NCBI GenBank assembly: GCA_020435415.1
Contig: JAGQZQ010000005.1
Coordinates: 619-64,618 of the forward strand
Source of the DNA: Flavobacteriales bacterium
GTDB taxonomy: Bacteria > Bacteroidota > Bacteroidia > JACJYZ01
Length of the DNA: 64,000 bases
Reading direction: 5' to 3'
In this document: positions 56,295-64,000 of the stretch, piece after piece
How positions within the stretch are numbered: position 1 is the stretch's first letter
How the letters are laid out: every line of letters starts with the position of its first letter
Made by a program: the position numbers and the translations under genes
Notes under the pieces: model-generated
Databases searched by the model: none
Told to the model about the DNA's origin: nothing
What the model saw: only the letters and a program-made list of their open reading frames with translations

Positions 56295-56542
56295 CCTTTA
56301 CGAAATAACTTACTTACATCCTTCCTGACCTGTTCATGACTCAAGTGATCTCCGTTCTTAATCTGTTTTTGCCCCTTTTCAATGGCATCTTTCTCCTGAT
56401 CAGTTAATTCATCCCACCAATCGATATCTTTCCCGGATTGTCTCAAAGTGATAAAGTATGAGCGGACCTTTTCCAATACAGAATTGTCATTGGTTTCAAC
56501 GACCAACTGATGAAGTAGACTCTTTAATTCTGCGGTGTTCAT
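56291..56542 (-). CDS. Putative addiction-module antitoxin (83 aa)
   Basis: WWDELTDQEKDAIEKGQKQIKNGDHLSHEQVRKDV resembles the small addiction-module-component family. It is translationally coupled to the toxin (GTGA overlap). Confidence 0.6.
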   Translation of the reverse strand: MNTAELKSLLHQLVVETNDNSVLEKVRSYFITLRQSGKDIDWWDELTDQEKDAIEKGQKQIKNGDHLSHEQVRKDVSKLFRKG

Positions 56543-56661
56543 ATTGGATGGTGTTTCCTTACAAATATAACGAAAAGTGCCCGGAAATGTTCGTGAGGGG
56601 AAGATATAGGTCTCGCTTTTAACCGAATGTCAATATACATTTTGAATATTCCTTCCTGTTC

Positions 56662-57288
56662 ATGAATTTCGTTCCGAATTGCGAAAAAAAACAAATGTCC
56701 GATATGGAAAGGTTTGAACAGGCGGTGGCGATCTTTGACAAGATCAATGCCGGCGATCCTCATAAGGTTTTATGTGACGGTGTTGAAACACCTGAAACGC
56801 TTTGTCACACACGTAGGCTTTCCTCATGGCTTGCAAAGCTTGCACCCAGCGCATCCGAGGCATTAAAGCTGGCAGGTCACTGCCAGCACCTGAAACGGTG
56901 GGAAACACCTCGTGACTCATATCCGGAAGGAAAGAAGGGCTACCTCCAATGGCGCGCGGCGCAAGCGATTTTTCATGCAAAGGAATCTTCTGCAGTTCTT
57001 GAACAGGTAGGGTATGATGAGGCTGTGATCAACCGTGTCATGGATATCAATAAGAAAAAAGGCCTTCGCAATGATCCCGAAGTACAGGTCATGGAAGATG
57101 CCCTGTGCCTGGTATTTCTCGAGTTTGAAGCACTGACATTCGCGGCTAAACACCCCCGTGAAAAGGTGGTGGATATCATCCGTAAAACCTGGGGGAAGAT
57201 GAGTATGCGCGGACATGCGGAAGCACGCTCACTCCAGATGAATTCCGCGTTACAGTCCATCATTGAAGATGCTTTACAAGAATCATGA
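56662..57288 (+). CDS. DUF4202-family protein
   Basis: FEQAVAIFDKINAGDP......E..ET.CH..RLS.WL..L.P.ASEAL.LA..CQHL.RWE.PR..YPEGK.GYLQWR matches my recollection of DUF4202. An alternative ATG lies at 56695. Confidence 0.6.
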   Translation: MNFVPNCEKKQMSDMERFEQAVAIFDKINAGDPHKVLCDGVETPETLCHTRRLSSWLAKLAPSASEALKLAGHCQHLKRWETPRDSYPEGKKGYLQWRAAQAIFHAKESSAVLEQVGYDEAVINRVMDINKKKGLRNDPEVQVMEDALCLVFLEFEALTFAAKHPREKVVDIIRKTWGKMSMRGHAEARSLQMNSALQSIIEDALQES

Positions 57289-57289
57289 T

Positions 57290-57637
57290 ATGGCTAAGAA
57301 GTCACCTTTTATTTCACTGAACGAAATCCCTGAGAAGGAAACCATCCCGGGATATCGTGTACGCCTTGTGCATACCAAAAATCTTACGATGGCCTACTAC
57401 GATGTAAAGGCAGGGTCACCGTTTCCGGAGCACAGCCACCCCAATGAACAGGTCACCAATGTGGTGCGGGGTAAGTTTGAACTGGTCGTTGAAGGGGAGT
57501 CCAGGATATTGACCGTCGGTGATGTTGCCGTGATCCCTTCAGGTGCCAGGCATTATGGCAAGGCTATTACAGACTGCCGCATCATTGACGTCTTTCATCC
57601 GGTGAGGGAAGATTATGTGAATCGCTTTATTGACTGA
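57290..57637 (+). CDS. Cupin-domain protein (about 115 aa)
   Basis: G.PFPEHSHPNEQVTNVVRGKFELVVEGE...GDVAVIPSGARH is the two-motif cupin signature. The ORF-track start at 57263 is TTG and the ATG at 57290 follows the upstream stop. The 3' end overlaps the convergent rlmB by 11 nt. Confidence 0.75.
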   Translation: MAKKSPFISLNEIPEKETIPGYRVRLVHTKNLTMAYYDVKAGSPFPEHSHPNEQVTNVVRGKFELVVEGESRILTVGDVAVIPSGARHYGKAITDCRIIDVFHPVREDYVNRFID

Positions 57638-58412
57638 CCGTCTGGCGTTGCCGGATGGATTCAAACAAGACCACGCCCGTCGCTACGGATACATTCAATG
57701 ATGCGATCGGCCCTGCCAGCGGGATGCGCCCTTTTTGATGGCACATTTTCAACAACTCTTCGGAAATACCGTCTTCTTCAGATCCTAAAATGATCGCGCT
57801 GGGTTCTTTCATATCTAACCCATAAATGTCCTTTGAGGCCTTCTCTGTGCAACCTATAAGTTGTATGCCACTGTCCTGAAGGTAGCGGCAGGCATGGGTC
57901 AGGCTTTTTACCTTGCATAGCGGAATGGAGAATGCAGCGCCGGCCGATGTGCGCACCGTTTCATTGCTTACCCTGGCTGCACCCTGATCCGGAAATACCA
58001 CACCATGCGCCCCTGCGCATACCGCAGTACGTATGATGGCTCCCATGTTACGTACATCCGTAATGCGATCCAGGATGATAAACAATGGTGTCTCTCCCTT
58101 TTCGAAGATCATCGGAACCAGCAATTCAAGCGACTGGAAACGGATAGGAGAGATGAACGCTACCACACCCTGATGGTTTTTCCGCGTGATGCGATCCATC
58201 CGGTCTTTGGGCACGTAATGGATGTGGATGTGTAACTCCCGTGCTTTGGCAATGACCTCCTGGCTTCCATCTCCGGTCAGGCCTTTTTGCATGTAAAGTT
58301 TGTCGATCTCTTTGCCGGCGGTAAGCGCTTCCTGTACCGGTCTTATTCCGAATACCAGGTCTTTTTCTTCACCTTCGAATTTTTCAACAGGTTTGCGTTG
58401 TGGGTATTTCAT
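57627..58412 (-). CDS. rlmB: 23S rRNA (guanosine-2'-O)-methyltransferase, SpoU/TrmH family
   Basis: N-terminal substrate-binding domain (VFGIRPVQEAL) plus the SPOUT motifs LDRITDVRNMGAIIRTA, ILGSEEDGIS and IPL.G...SLNVSVA. Confidence 0.85.
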   Translation of the reverse strand: MKYPQRKPVEKFEGEEKDLVFGIRPVQEALTAGKEIDKLYMQKGLTGDGSQEVIAKARELHIHIHYVPKDRMDRITRKNHQGVVAFISPIRFQSLELLVPMIFEKGETPLFIILDRITDVRNMGAIIRTAVCAGAHGVVFPDQGAARVSNETVRTSAGAAFSIPLCKVKSLTHACRYLQDSGIQLIGCTEKASKDIYGLDMKEPSAIILGSEEDGISEELLKMCHQKGRIPLAGPIASLNVSVATGVVLFESIRQRQTVSQ

Positions 58413-58437
58413 AGATGCGTTTTGCGGGTATCTGGTG

Positions 58438-59703
58438 TTAATATATCCGTCCCTGTCTCCAGGTATCCACGGCGCGGTACCAGCTGTTTTTATAGATGGG
58501 AGAACGGTTCATGCTGTAGTCATTGTCTGTAAACGGGTTGTTCACTTTTACAAAGGTGAACTGCATGGATAGCGCATTATGCTCTTCACCATAAACCCAG
58601 CTTTCAGAGTTGGATGTTTTGTAAATAACATTCGGCTGACCAAAGATCACGTATACAAGTCCACGATCGGTTTTCCATCCCTCAAGATACGAGGTGAAAT
58701 AATCGTTGGCCTGTTCCACCCTCGTGTAATATTTTCGGATCAGGTCACGGGACTTGTCGTCACTTCCGCCACTGCTTCTCCAGAATTCATCAACGGCTTC
58801 CTGTTTGTTGGCTTCATTCTCCATATGGTCATATTCCTGCTGCGTCGTCAGGTAACGTAGCGGGTGAAGCATGGATGGTACCGTAGTCACTTTCGGAAAA
58901 TGGTCACCGAAGGCATAAACCGTTAATCCTTCCCTGGAGGTTGAATCCATCAGAAAATGGTAGAAGCCGGTTTTGTTCAGACTGGTGGTTAGCTGACCAT
59001 TCTCGTCCAGCTCTAGCACAAAGGTACTGTCTGCCGAATAATTGAACGATTTGGAAACAGCCGTGGAAAAGGGTGGGGCGGGCAGATCAAATTCCCGTTG
59101 GTAGTATCGCACCGTCAATTCTTTGATGCCTTTTAGCGATGTTTCCAGGGTGAAAGGCTCATTCAGGGCAAAGTAATTACGAACCAGCGGCTGAGCATTT
59201 TCTCCGGATTTAAGATAAAAATATTGACGGTTTCCGGGTTTCTCTTTTTTTATGTCGATGTAATTGATAACCTTTTCATTGCGGTTGATGTCGTGGCACT
59301 TGATCTCCAGTAAATAATTGCGACCGTCCTTTACCGGAAGATCAAATGAACCGGAAATACGTTGAGATATGCCATTGTCGCCGGTGTGTTCCAGGTAAAT
59401 GGTTGTGCTATCATGAATGAGTTCATATTCATAAGAATCGTAGAGCGTGCAATGGAATGCAAACCTGGCTATGTAATGGTTATCACCACCTTTCTTGCTA
59501 TAAAGCAGGTCACTGGAATTTAATTTATAGAAGATTCTGGTCAGTGAGTCACTGATGTGGTAAGTGACAAAATGCGGGTGTATGTTCTGGTTGTCCTGCT
59601 GGTAAATGAAAGACAGGTTTTGGTGGCTGATCCTGGCAGGCGTCCGGCATTGCGTCAACATCAGGCCTGCGGCCAATATCAGGTATAACAGTTTTGACTT
59701 CAT
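58438..59703 (-). CDS. GWxTD-domain protein (secreted)
   Basis: The signal peptide ends in a lipobox-like LMLTQC. The C-terminal FW......D.....IRKYY.RVE.AN..F......GWKTDRGLVYVIFGQP is the GWxTD signature. The ATG at 59703 shares one base with the rmuC stop (TGATG). Confidence 0.8.
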   Translation of the reverse strand: MKSKLLYLILAAGLMLTQCRTPARISHQNLSFIYQQDNQNIHPHFVTYHISDSLTRIFYKLNSSDLLYSKKGGDNHYIARFAFHCTLYDSYEYELIHDSTTIYLEHTGDNGISQRISGSFDLPVKDGRNYLLEIKCHDINRNEKVINYIDIKKEKPGNRQYFYLKSGENAQPLVRNYFALNEPFTLETSLKGIKELTVRYYQREFDLPAPPFSTAVSKSFNYSADSTFVLELDENGQLTTSLNKTGFYHFLMDSTSREGLTVYAFGDHFPKVTTVPSMLHPLRYLTTQQEYDHMENEANKQEAVDEFWRSSGGSDDKSRDLIRKYYTRVEQANDYFTSYLEGWKTDRGLVYVIFGQPNVIYKTSNSESWVYGEEHNALSMQFTFVKVNNPFTDNDYSMNRSPIYKNSWYRAVDTWRQGRIY

Positions 59704-61025
59704 CACGGGATCAGATTGTTTTCATCAGCAGTATTGATTTTGAACTCCTGTGGAATGCTCCGTTCCTTGGTGGTTTTGGCACCGAGTGATCGCAGTTGTT
59801 CTATCCGGGTCATCACACCGCCACGCCCGGTGATTTTCTTTTCTACTTCTTCGTAGGCTTTCAGTGATTTGTCAAGATGCGATTTTATTTTGGACAAGTC
59901 TTCGAGCAGACTGACGAACTTGTCGTACATCGCACCACCCTGTCTGGATATTTCCATGACATTGCGGGTGAGGTTTTCCTGTTTCCAGATAAAGGCTACC
60001 GTTTTCATGGTTGCCATTAACGTGGTGGAGGATACCAGTAAAATTCGTTTGGAGAACGCCTCGTCGAACAGCTGGCGATCGTGTTGCATGGCCAGTGTCA
60101 GGGCGGGTTCAATGGGTACGTACATCAACACATAATCCGGTGTGTTGATCTGGTACAGCGCCTGGTAATTCTTTCCGCCCAGCTCGCGGATGTGGTTTCT
60201 GAGGGACTGAATATGGCCTTTGAGAAAGCGCTCTTTTTCTTCAGGCGCTTCCGTTTGATAGTATCGCTCATAATCGGAAAGGGAAACCTTAGCATCAATG
60301 ACCATGTGCTTATCTTCCGGAAGGTTGATGATGAAGTCAGGTTTCTTCAAGTTGCCTTCCTCATCTCTCATACCGCTTTGGGTGGTATAGGTCACACCCT
60401 TGGTGAGCCCGGATCGTTCCAGGATCATCTCCAGTTGCATTTCACCCCAATCACCCTGTGTCTTTGAATCGCCTTTCAGGGCATTCGCCAAATGAAGCGC
60501 ATCCTTGCTCATTTGTTCATTCAACATCTTGAGACCGCTGATCTGTTCGGTCAACGTGCTGTTCTGGCGAATATTTTCCTTGTGAACGGTTTCAACTTTT
60601 TGTTCGAAATCCTTCAGTTTTTCCTTCAACGGATCAAGGATCTCGGTCATGTTCTTTTTGCTGTGCTCATTGAATACTTCTGTGTTCTGGCGCATAACCC
60701 TGTTGGCCACCAACTCAAATTCCTTGGTGAATTTTTCCTGAAGCTGCTCCAGTTCGGCCTTTTGTTCACGCAGCTTTTCAGACAAAGCTTCATGTGAAGC
60801 CACCCATTTTCCCCTCTCTTCCTTGAGCGATTCGACCTTACCCCTTTCGGATTGCAGTTCCGTGCGGAGCTGGTCATATGCTGTCTGTTGTTGTTCCTGT
60901 CGATCCTGCCAATGCTGTTTCTCATTTTCTGAAGCATCCAGAATATTTTTTGATTTTGCCTGAAGCACGAACCACATCACCCCTGCGCCAAGAGCTAACC
61001 CGAAAATGATGTACACGATTTCCAT
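59703..61025 (-). CDS. rmuC: DNA recombination protein RmuC
   Basis: N-terminal TM helix, a long coiled coil, and the C-terminal nuclease-like domain (KPDFIINLPEDKHMVIDAKVSL..Y.......MYVPIE). Confidence 0.88.
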   Translation of the reverse strand: MEIVYIIFGLALGAGVMWFVLQAKSKNILDASENEKQHWQDRQEQQQTAYDQLRTELQSERGKVESLKEERGKWVASHEALSEKLREQKAELEQLQEKFTKEFELVANRVMRQNTEVFNEHSKKNMTEILDPLKEKLKDFEQKVETVHKENIRQNSTLTEQISGLKMLNEQMSKDALHLANALKGDSKTQGDWGEMQLEMILERSGLTKGVTYTTQSGMRDEEGNLKKPDFIINLPEDKHMVIDAKVSLSDYERYYQTEAPEEKERFLKGHIQSLRNHIRELGGKNYQALYQINTPDYVLMYVPIEPALTLAMQHDRQLFDEAFSKRILLVSSTTLMATMKTVAFIWKQENLTRNVMEISRQGGAMYDKFVSLLEDLSKIKSHLDKSLKAYEEVEKKITGRGGVMTRIEQLRSLGAKTTKERSIPQEFKINTADENNLIP

Positions 61026-61061
61026 GCTTTGAAATTAACGCTTTTATTTGAACCCGATCGT

Positions 61062-61685
61062 CTAGTCCTCTGAAATAAGCACTTTCATGCCCACGTGTAC
61101 CATGTTGTACAACAAGATGACATCGGCATTCAACATCCGGATGCAGCCATGCGATGCCGGTTGCCCGATCAGGCCCTCCTCAGGTGTACCATGGATATAA
61201 ATGTACCGTTCGAAAGAATCTACCCGGCCCCCTTTGTTCTTGCCCGGGTCATCGCCGGCCAGCCAAAGGATACGGGTGGTCACGTCATCGGAATCAACGG
61301 AACGTTTCTCATGGATGATCTCGGCCTGCTTTCCGGTGTATATCCGTGATTTCAAAATGCCGTTTAATGGTACCTTGTCTCCGATCTTTTCCCTGATCAC
61401 ATGAAATCCAAGGGGTGTTTTATTGCTGTTTTTCTCTGCTCCGATTCCATATTTTGATGATGAGATGGGAAAGGTATGGGTGATCTTTCCCCTCATGACC
61501 ACCATCAGTTTCTGTTGTTTTATGGAGATGTACAAACAGTCGAACGGACCTTCTTTATGGTATCGTTCACGGAAGCAGGAATCGATTTGATTTTCCATCG
61601 GGTCGTCTGATGCTTCCGGTATCATTTTCCAGGAGGACAATGACCAGGCACCGAGCAAGAGCATTAGAAGTATTGCTTTATTCAT
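61062..61685 (-). CDS. L,D-transpeptidase (YkuD domain)
   Basis: YIYIHGTPEEGLIGQPASHGCIRMLNADV contains the catalytic SHGC(I/V)R motif. The ORF-track start at 61688 is GTG and the ATG is at 61685. Confidence 0.85.
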   Translation of the reverse strand: MNKAILLMLLLGAWSLSSWKMIPEASDDPMENQIDSCFRERYHKEGPFDCLYISIKQQKLMVVMRGKITHTFPISSSKYGIGAEKNSNKTPLGFHVIREKIGDKVPLNGILKSRIYTGKQAEIIHEKRSVDSDDVTTRILWLAGDDPGKNKGGRVDSFERYIYIHGTPEEGLIGQPASHGCIRMLNADVILLYNMVHVGMKVLISED

Positions 61686-61687
61686 CA

Positions 61688-63445
61688 CTAAAATATATTG
61701 ACCAGTCCGAAATGAATCTTCCCGGATCGCAGGGAGACAGGATTTTGAAGCTGTTTGCCCAAAGCGTAGTTAATGGTAAATATGCCGGCCTGAGTAGCAA
61801 ATGAAATACCCGCCCCAAAACCGTAAGGATCATCTGCGCGGTATGTTGAATGACCATTTGCTTCATACCGGGCACGGTCTGCAAATAAATACAAATAAGA
61901 ACTTTCTTCCAGCATATACCGGTATTCTATGGTACCTGACAGCAAGGTCGATGCCAGAATGGATTCTTCGTCGAAACCCCTGAGTGTGCGCATGCCACCG
62001 AACCGGATCATCTCATTTGTAAAGAAACCCTGTGATGACATTTTGGAGTGGAACCATAATCTGCCATGAATAATATGACGCCGGTAAATCGGATGATACA
62101 TTCCGGCGAGCAGATCGGTTTCAATGAGGATCGATGATGGAACTGTATTCCCGTCCGAAGGGGTATTGGAGTTGTTTTCAGCACTTCGTTTGCCTGCGGC
62201 AGTTTCGAGGTTGATGAAGAAACCGCGGACCGGAGCACGGTCAGATTGCTCAACCTGTTTTTGAATGCCAAGTCCGTACATGACCACCTTCGTACTTGCC
62301 CACTCATTGTCCTGATTATAGGTGGCGGTTGCCGGAGTGAGGGTTGAGGAGGATTTTCTTTCTGCAAATCCAAGAATTGAAATGCCTGCATTCAATGCAT
62401 ATTGAAAGGACAGACGCTGTCGTACTTCCAGAAAGGTAGTATCCTTTTTATAGATGCCAAGTTGCCCGTTCATGCCAAATGGCGTATGAAACAGGTATGG
62501 GTATGCCGCTTCGGCTTTGAGGCGGGGTGATTGAGGTTGGAGGTGTTGCCATTCCAGAATGAGAGATTCTCCGCGGCTTAACGCATCCACGAGTTTAAGG
62601 TGAACATCCCCTGTAAATCTGACCTTTCCCGTTTTTTCGTCCGGTAACATACCTATGATGCCATCAAACCTGTTGGCCTTCTTTTTCGCAGGGTATACAT
62701 ACAGCCAGGTCTTACCTTTCATGAATAATACCTCAGGCGGTTTTGCGGACCGGAGAAAGTTGCTTTGATTCAACTGTTTGTCAATTTGTCTGATCACCGA
62801 CTCATTGTAGAGATCACCCTTTTCACATTGGATAACAGCGGTGATCAATGTGTACGACATCCTGTCTTCGGATTTGACAATGATGCTGTCCAGTGTGATC
62901 AACGGTCCTTTGTTCGCCGTTAATATTGCAGAGATTTTACCATGCTCCATCCCTATGCTGTCAAGAAAAACAGTGGCAAAGGGGTAACCATGGTCTTCAA
63001 ACCAGCCGAGAACCCGATGACGCATATCCGCCACCCTGGTGTTTTTAAAAGGGGTATCCTTAAAGGTACCCTTGCGCAAACCTGCGGTATAAAGCGCTTC
63101 GGGTGGAATATTGCCGGAAGACAGGCTGGCCCAGGAATATACCTGACCCGGGCTGAGACGAAGGGTGGTGTGATTGTCACTCCAATGGGCATTTGCTGTG
63201 AGGTAGCCTTCTTCAAAAAGTAAGGACAACAGGTCTTTTGCCTTGGCAGCCACTTGCATACTGTCTCCTTCGAAAGGCTTTTGAGCAAGGCCGGCAACCG
63301 GTTCCGGCAAAAGACGTGTTTGTACGCCGGGTGCAAGGGTCAACGAAATAATCTGTGCCTGACCGGATGTGTTCAGGAAAACGAAGCAGATAATGGACAG
63401 GTAAAGCCGCAACGGATGATTCGGTATGGAGTGTATCAATGACAA
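61688..63445 (-). CDS. Omp85-family (BamA/TamA-like) outer-membrane beta-barrel protein
   Basis: Signal peptide and POTRA-like N-terminal part. The loop-6-like motif GGMRTLRGFDE and a C-terminal beta-signal ending ...HFGLVNIF. The apparent start is TTG. Confidence 0.7.
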   Translation of the reverse strand: MSLIHSIPNHPLRLYLSIICFVFLNTSGQAQIISLTLAPGVQTRLLPEPVAGLAQKPFEGDSMQVAAKAKDLLSLLFEEGYLTANAHWSDNHTTLRLSPGQVYSWASLSSGNIPPEALYTAGLRKGTFKDTPFKNTRVADMRHRVLGWFEDHGYPFATVFLDSIGMEHGKISAILTANKGPLITLDSIIVKSEDRMSYTLITAVIQCEKGDLYNESVIRQIDKQLNQSNFLRSAKPPEVLFMKGKTWLYVYPAKKKANRFDGIIGMLPDEKTGKVRFTGDVHLKLVDALSRGESLILEWQHLQPQSPRLKAEAAYPYLFHTPFGMNGQLGIYKKDTTFLEVRQRLSFQYALNAGISILGFAERKSSSTLTPATATYNQDNEWASTKVVMYGLGIQKQVEQSDRAPVRGFFINLETAAGKRSAENNSNTPSDGNTVPSSILIETDLLAGMYHPIYRRHIIHGRLWFHSKMSSQGFFTNEMIRFGGMRTLRGFDEESILASTLLSGTIEYRYMLEESSYLYLFADRARYEANGHSTYRADDPYGFGAGISFATQAGIFTINYALGKQLQNPVSLRSGKIHFGLVNIF

Positions 63446-63464
63446 CGTCGCAGATATTGTTTCA

Positions 63465-64000
63465 TTATGGTAAAGACCAATCGATCACCGATTTACCTTC
63501 TTGTTTCAACAACTCATTTGTTTTTGAAAAGTGTTTGCAACCGAAGAAACCATAGGTAGCGGAATATGGAGAAGGGTGGGCTGCCTTCAGGATGTGATGC
63601 TTAGCGGCATCGATCAGATCAGCTTTCGCCTGAGCAAACTTTCCCCACAGCAGAAATACGAGTCCCTGATGATGGTTGGAGAGCGCGCGAATGACCTGGT
63701 CGGTGAACGTTTCCCATCCCTGCTTTTGATGCGACCCGGGCTGGGATGCACGAACAGTGAGTGTGGCGTTGAGAAGTAATACCCCTTGCCTTGCCCAGGG
63801 ACTCAGGTCGCCGGAGACGGGAACAGGCAGGCCGATATCATCATGCAGTTCTTTAAAAATGTTTTTAAGTGATGGAGGTTGTTTGATACCAGGCGATACT
63901 GAAAAACAAAGGCCATTGGCCTGTCCTTTTCCGTGATACGGGTCTTGTCCCAGAATTACAGCCTTCACCTGACTAAACGGAGTAAGGTTGAAAGCGGAAA
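63465..64000 (-). CDS. ung: Uracil-DNA glycosylase (family 1), N-terminus beyond the window edge
   Basis: [24 protein letters not shown] (catalytic water-activating loop) and ...HPSPYSA (Leu-intercalation loop region). The frame is still open at base 64000. Confidence 0.92.
   Translation of the reverse strand, partial: SAFNLTPFSQVKAVILGQDPYHGKGQANGLCFSVSPGIKQPPSLKNIFKELHDDIGLPVPVSGDLSPWARQGVLLLNATLTVRASQPGSHQKQGWETFTDQVIRALSNHHQGLVFLLWGKFAQAKADLIDAAKHHILKAAHPSPYSATYGFFGCKHFSKTNELLKQEGKSVIDWSLP

Overview
This window reads as a Bacteroidota-type chromosome segment. Supporting signs are TTG-N19-21-TAnnTTTG promoter boxes, a T9SS C-terminal sorting domain, a GWxTD protein and a DUF4290-murA pair.

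Gene layout:
- 0-15.7 kb: housekeeping genes, mostly on the minus strand. They are a MerR regulator, an M23 peptidase, alaS (plus strand), a sigma-54 activator, an ABC-2 exporter pair, dnaJ-grpE, a TlpA-like oxidoreductase, murA and a UvrD-type helicase.
- 15.9-34.0 kb: one uninterrupted str/S10/spc/alpha ribosomal super-operon on the plus strand, rpsL to rplQ. It includes fusA, secY, map, infA, rpoA and rpmJ, which is too short to appear in the ORF track. It ends at a clean intrinsic terminator.
- 34.8-39.3 kb: carA, eno and a UbiD-family decarboxylase.
- 39.3-51.4 kb: an accessory-looking stretch. It holds three tandem ORF6N (KilA-N-like) genes, one of them truncated and fused to the next, plus small lipoprotein, VOC, zinc-ribbon, TauE, photolyase and GNAT genes.
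- 51.4-64 kb: a T9SS-sorted CocE/NonD hydrolase, ggt, a GreA-like gene, a ParE/RelE toxin-antitoxin pair, rlmB, GWxTD, rmuC, an L,D-transpeptidase, an Omp85-family barrel and a partial ung.

The most unusual signal is non-coding. Several families of degenerate tandem arrays with a 7-8 bp period (GGTTTNN, TACTGCC, AGANNNN, CACCAMAT) sit exactly at or over stop codons and fill the large intergenic gaps of the 39-55.5 kb region. They include:
- a 25-bp perfect inverted repeat bracketing the whole ggt/greA-like convergent gap;
- a threefold composite repeat of about 155 bp between sanA and a VOC gene.

I recognised no rRNA, tRNA, CRISPR array, integrase or transposase by eye. No database search or folding computation was possible, so all family names rest on motif recognition and gene order.
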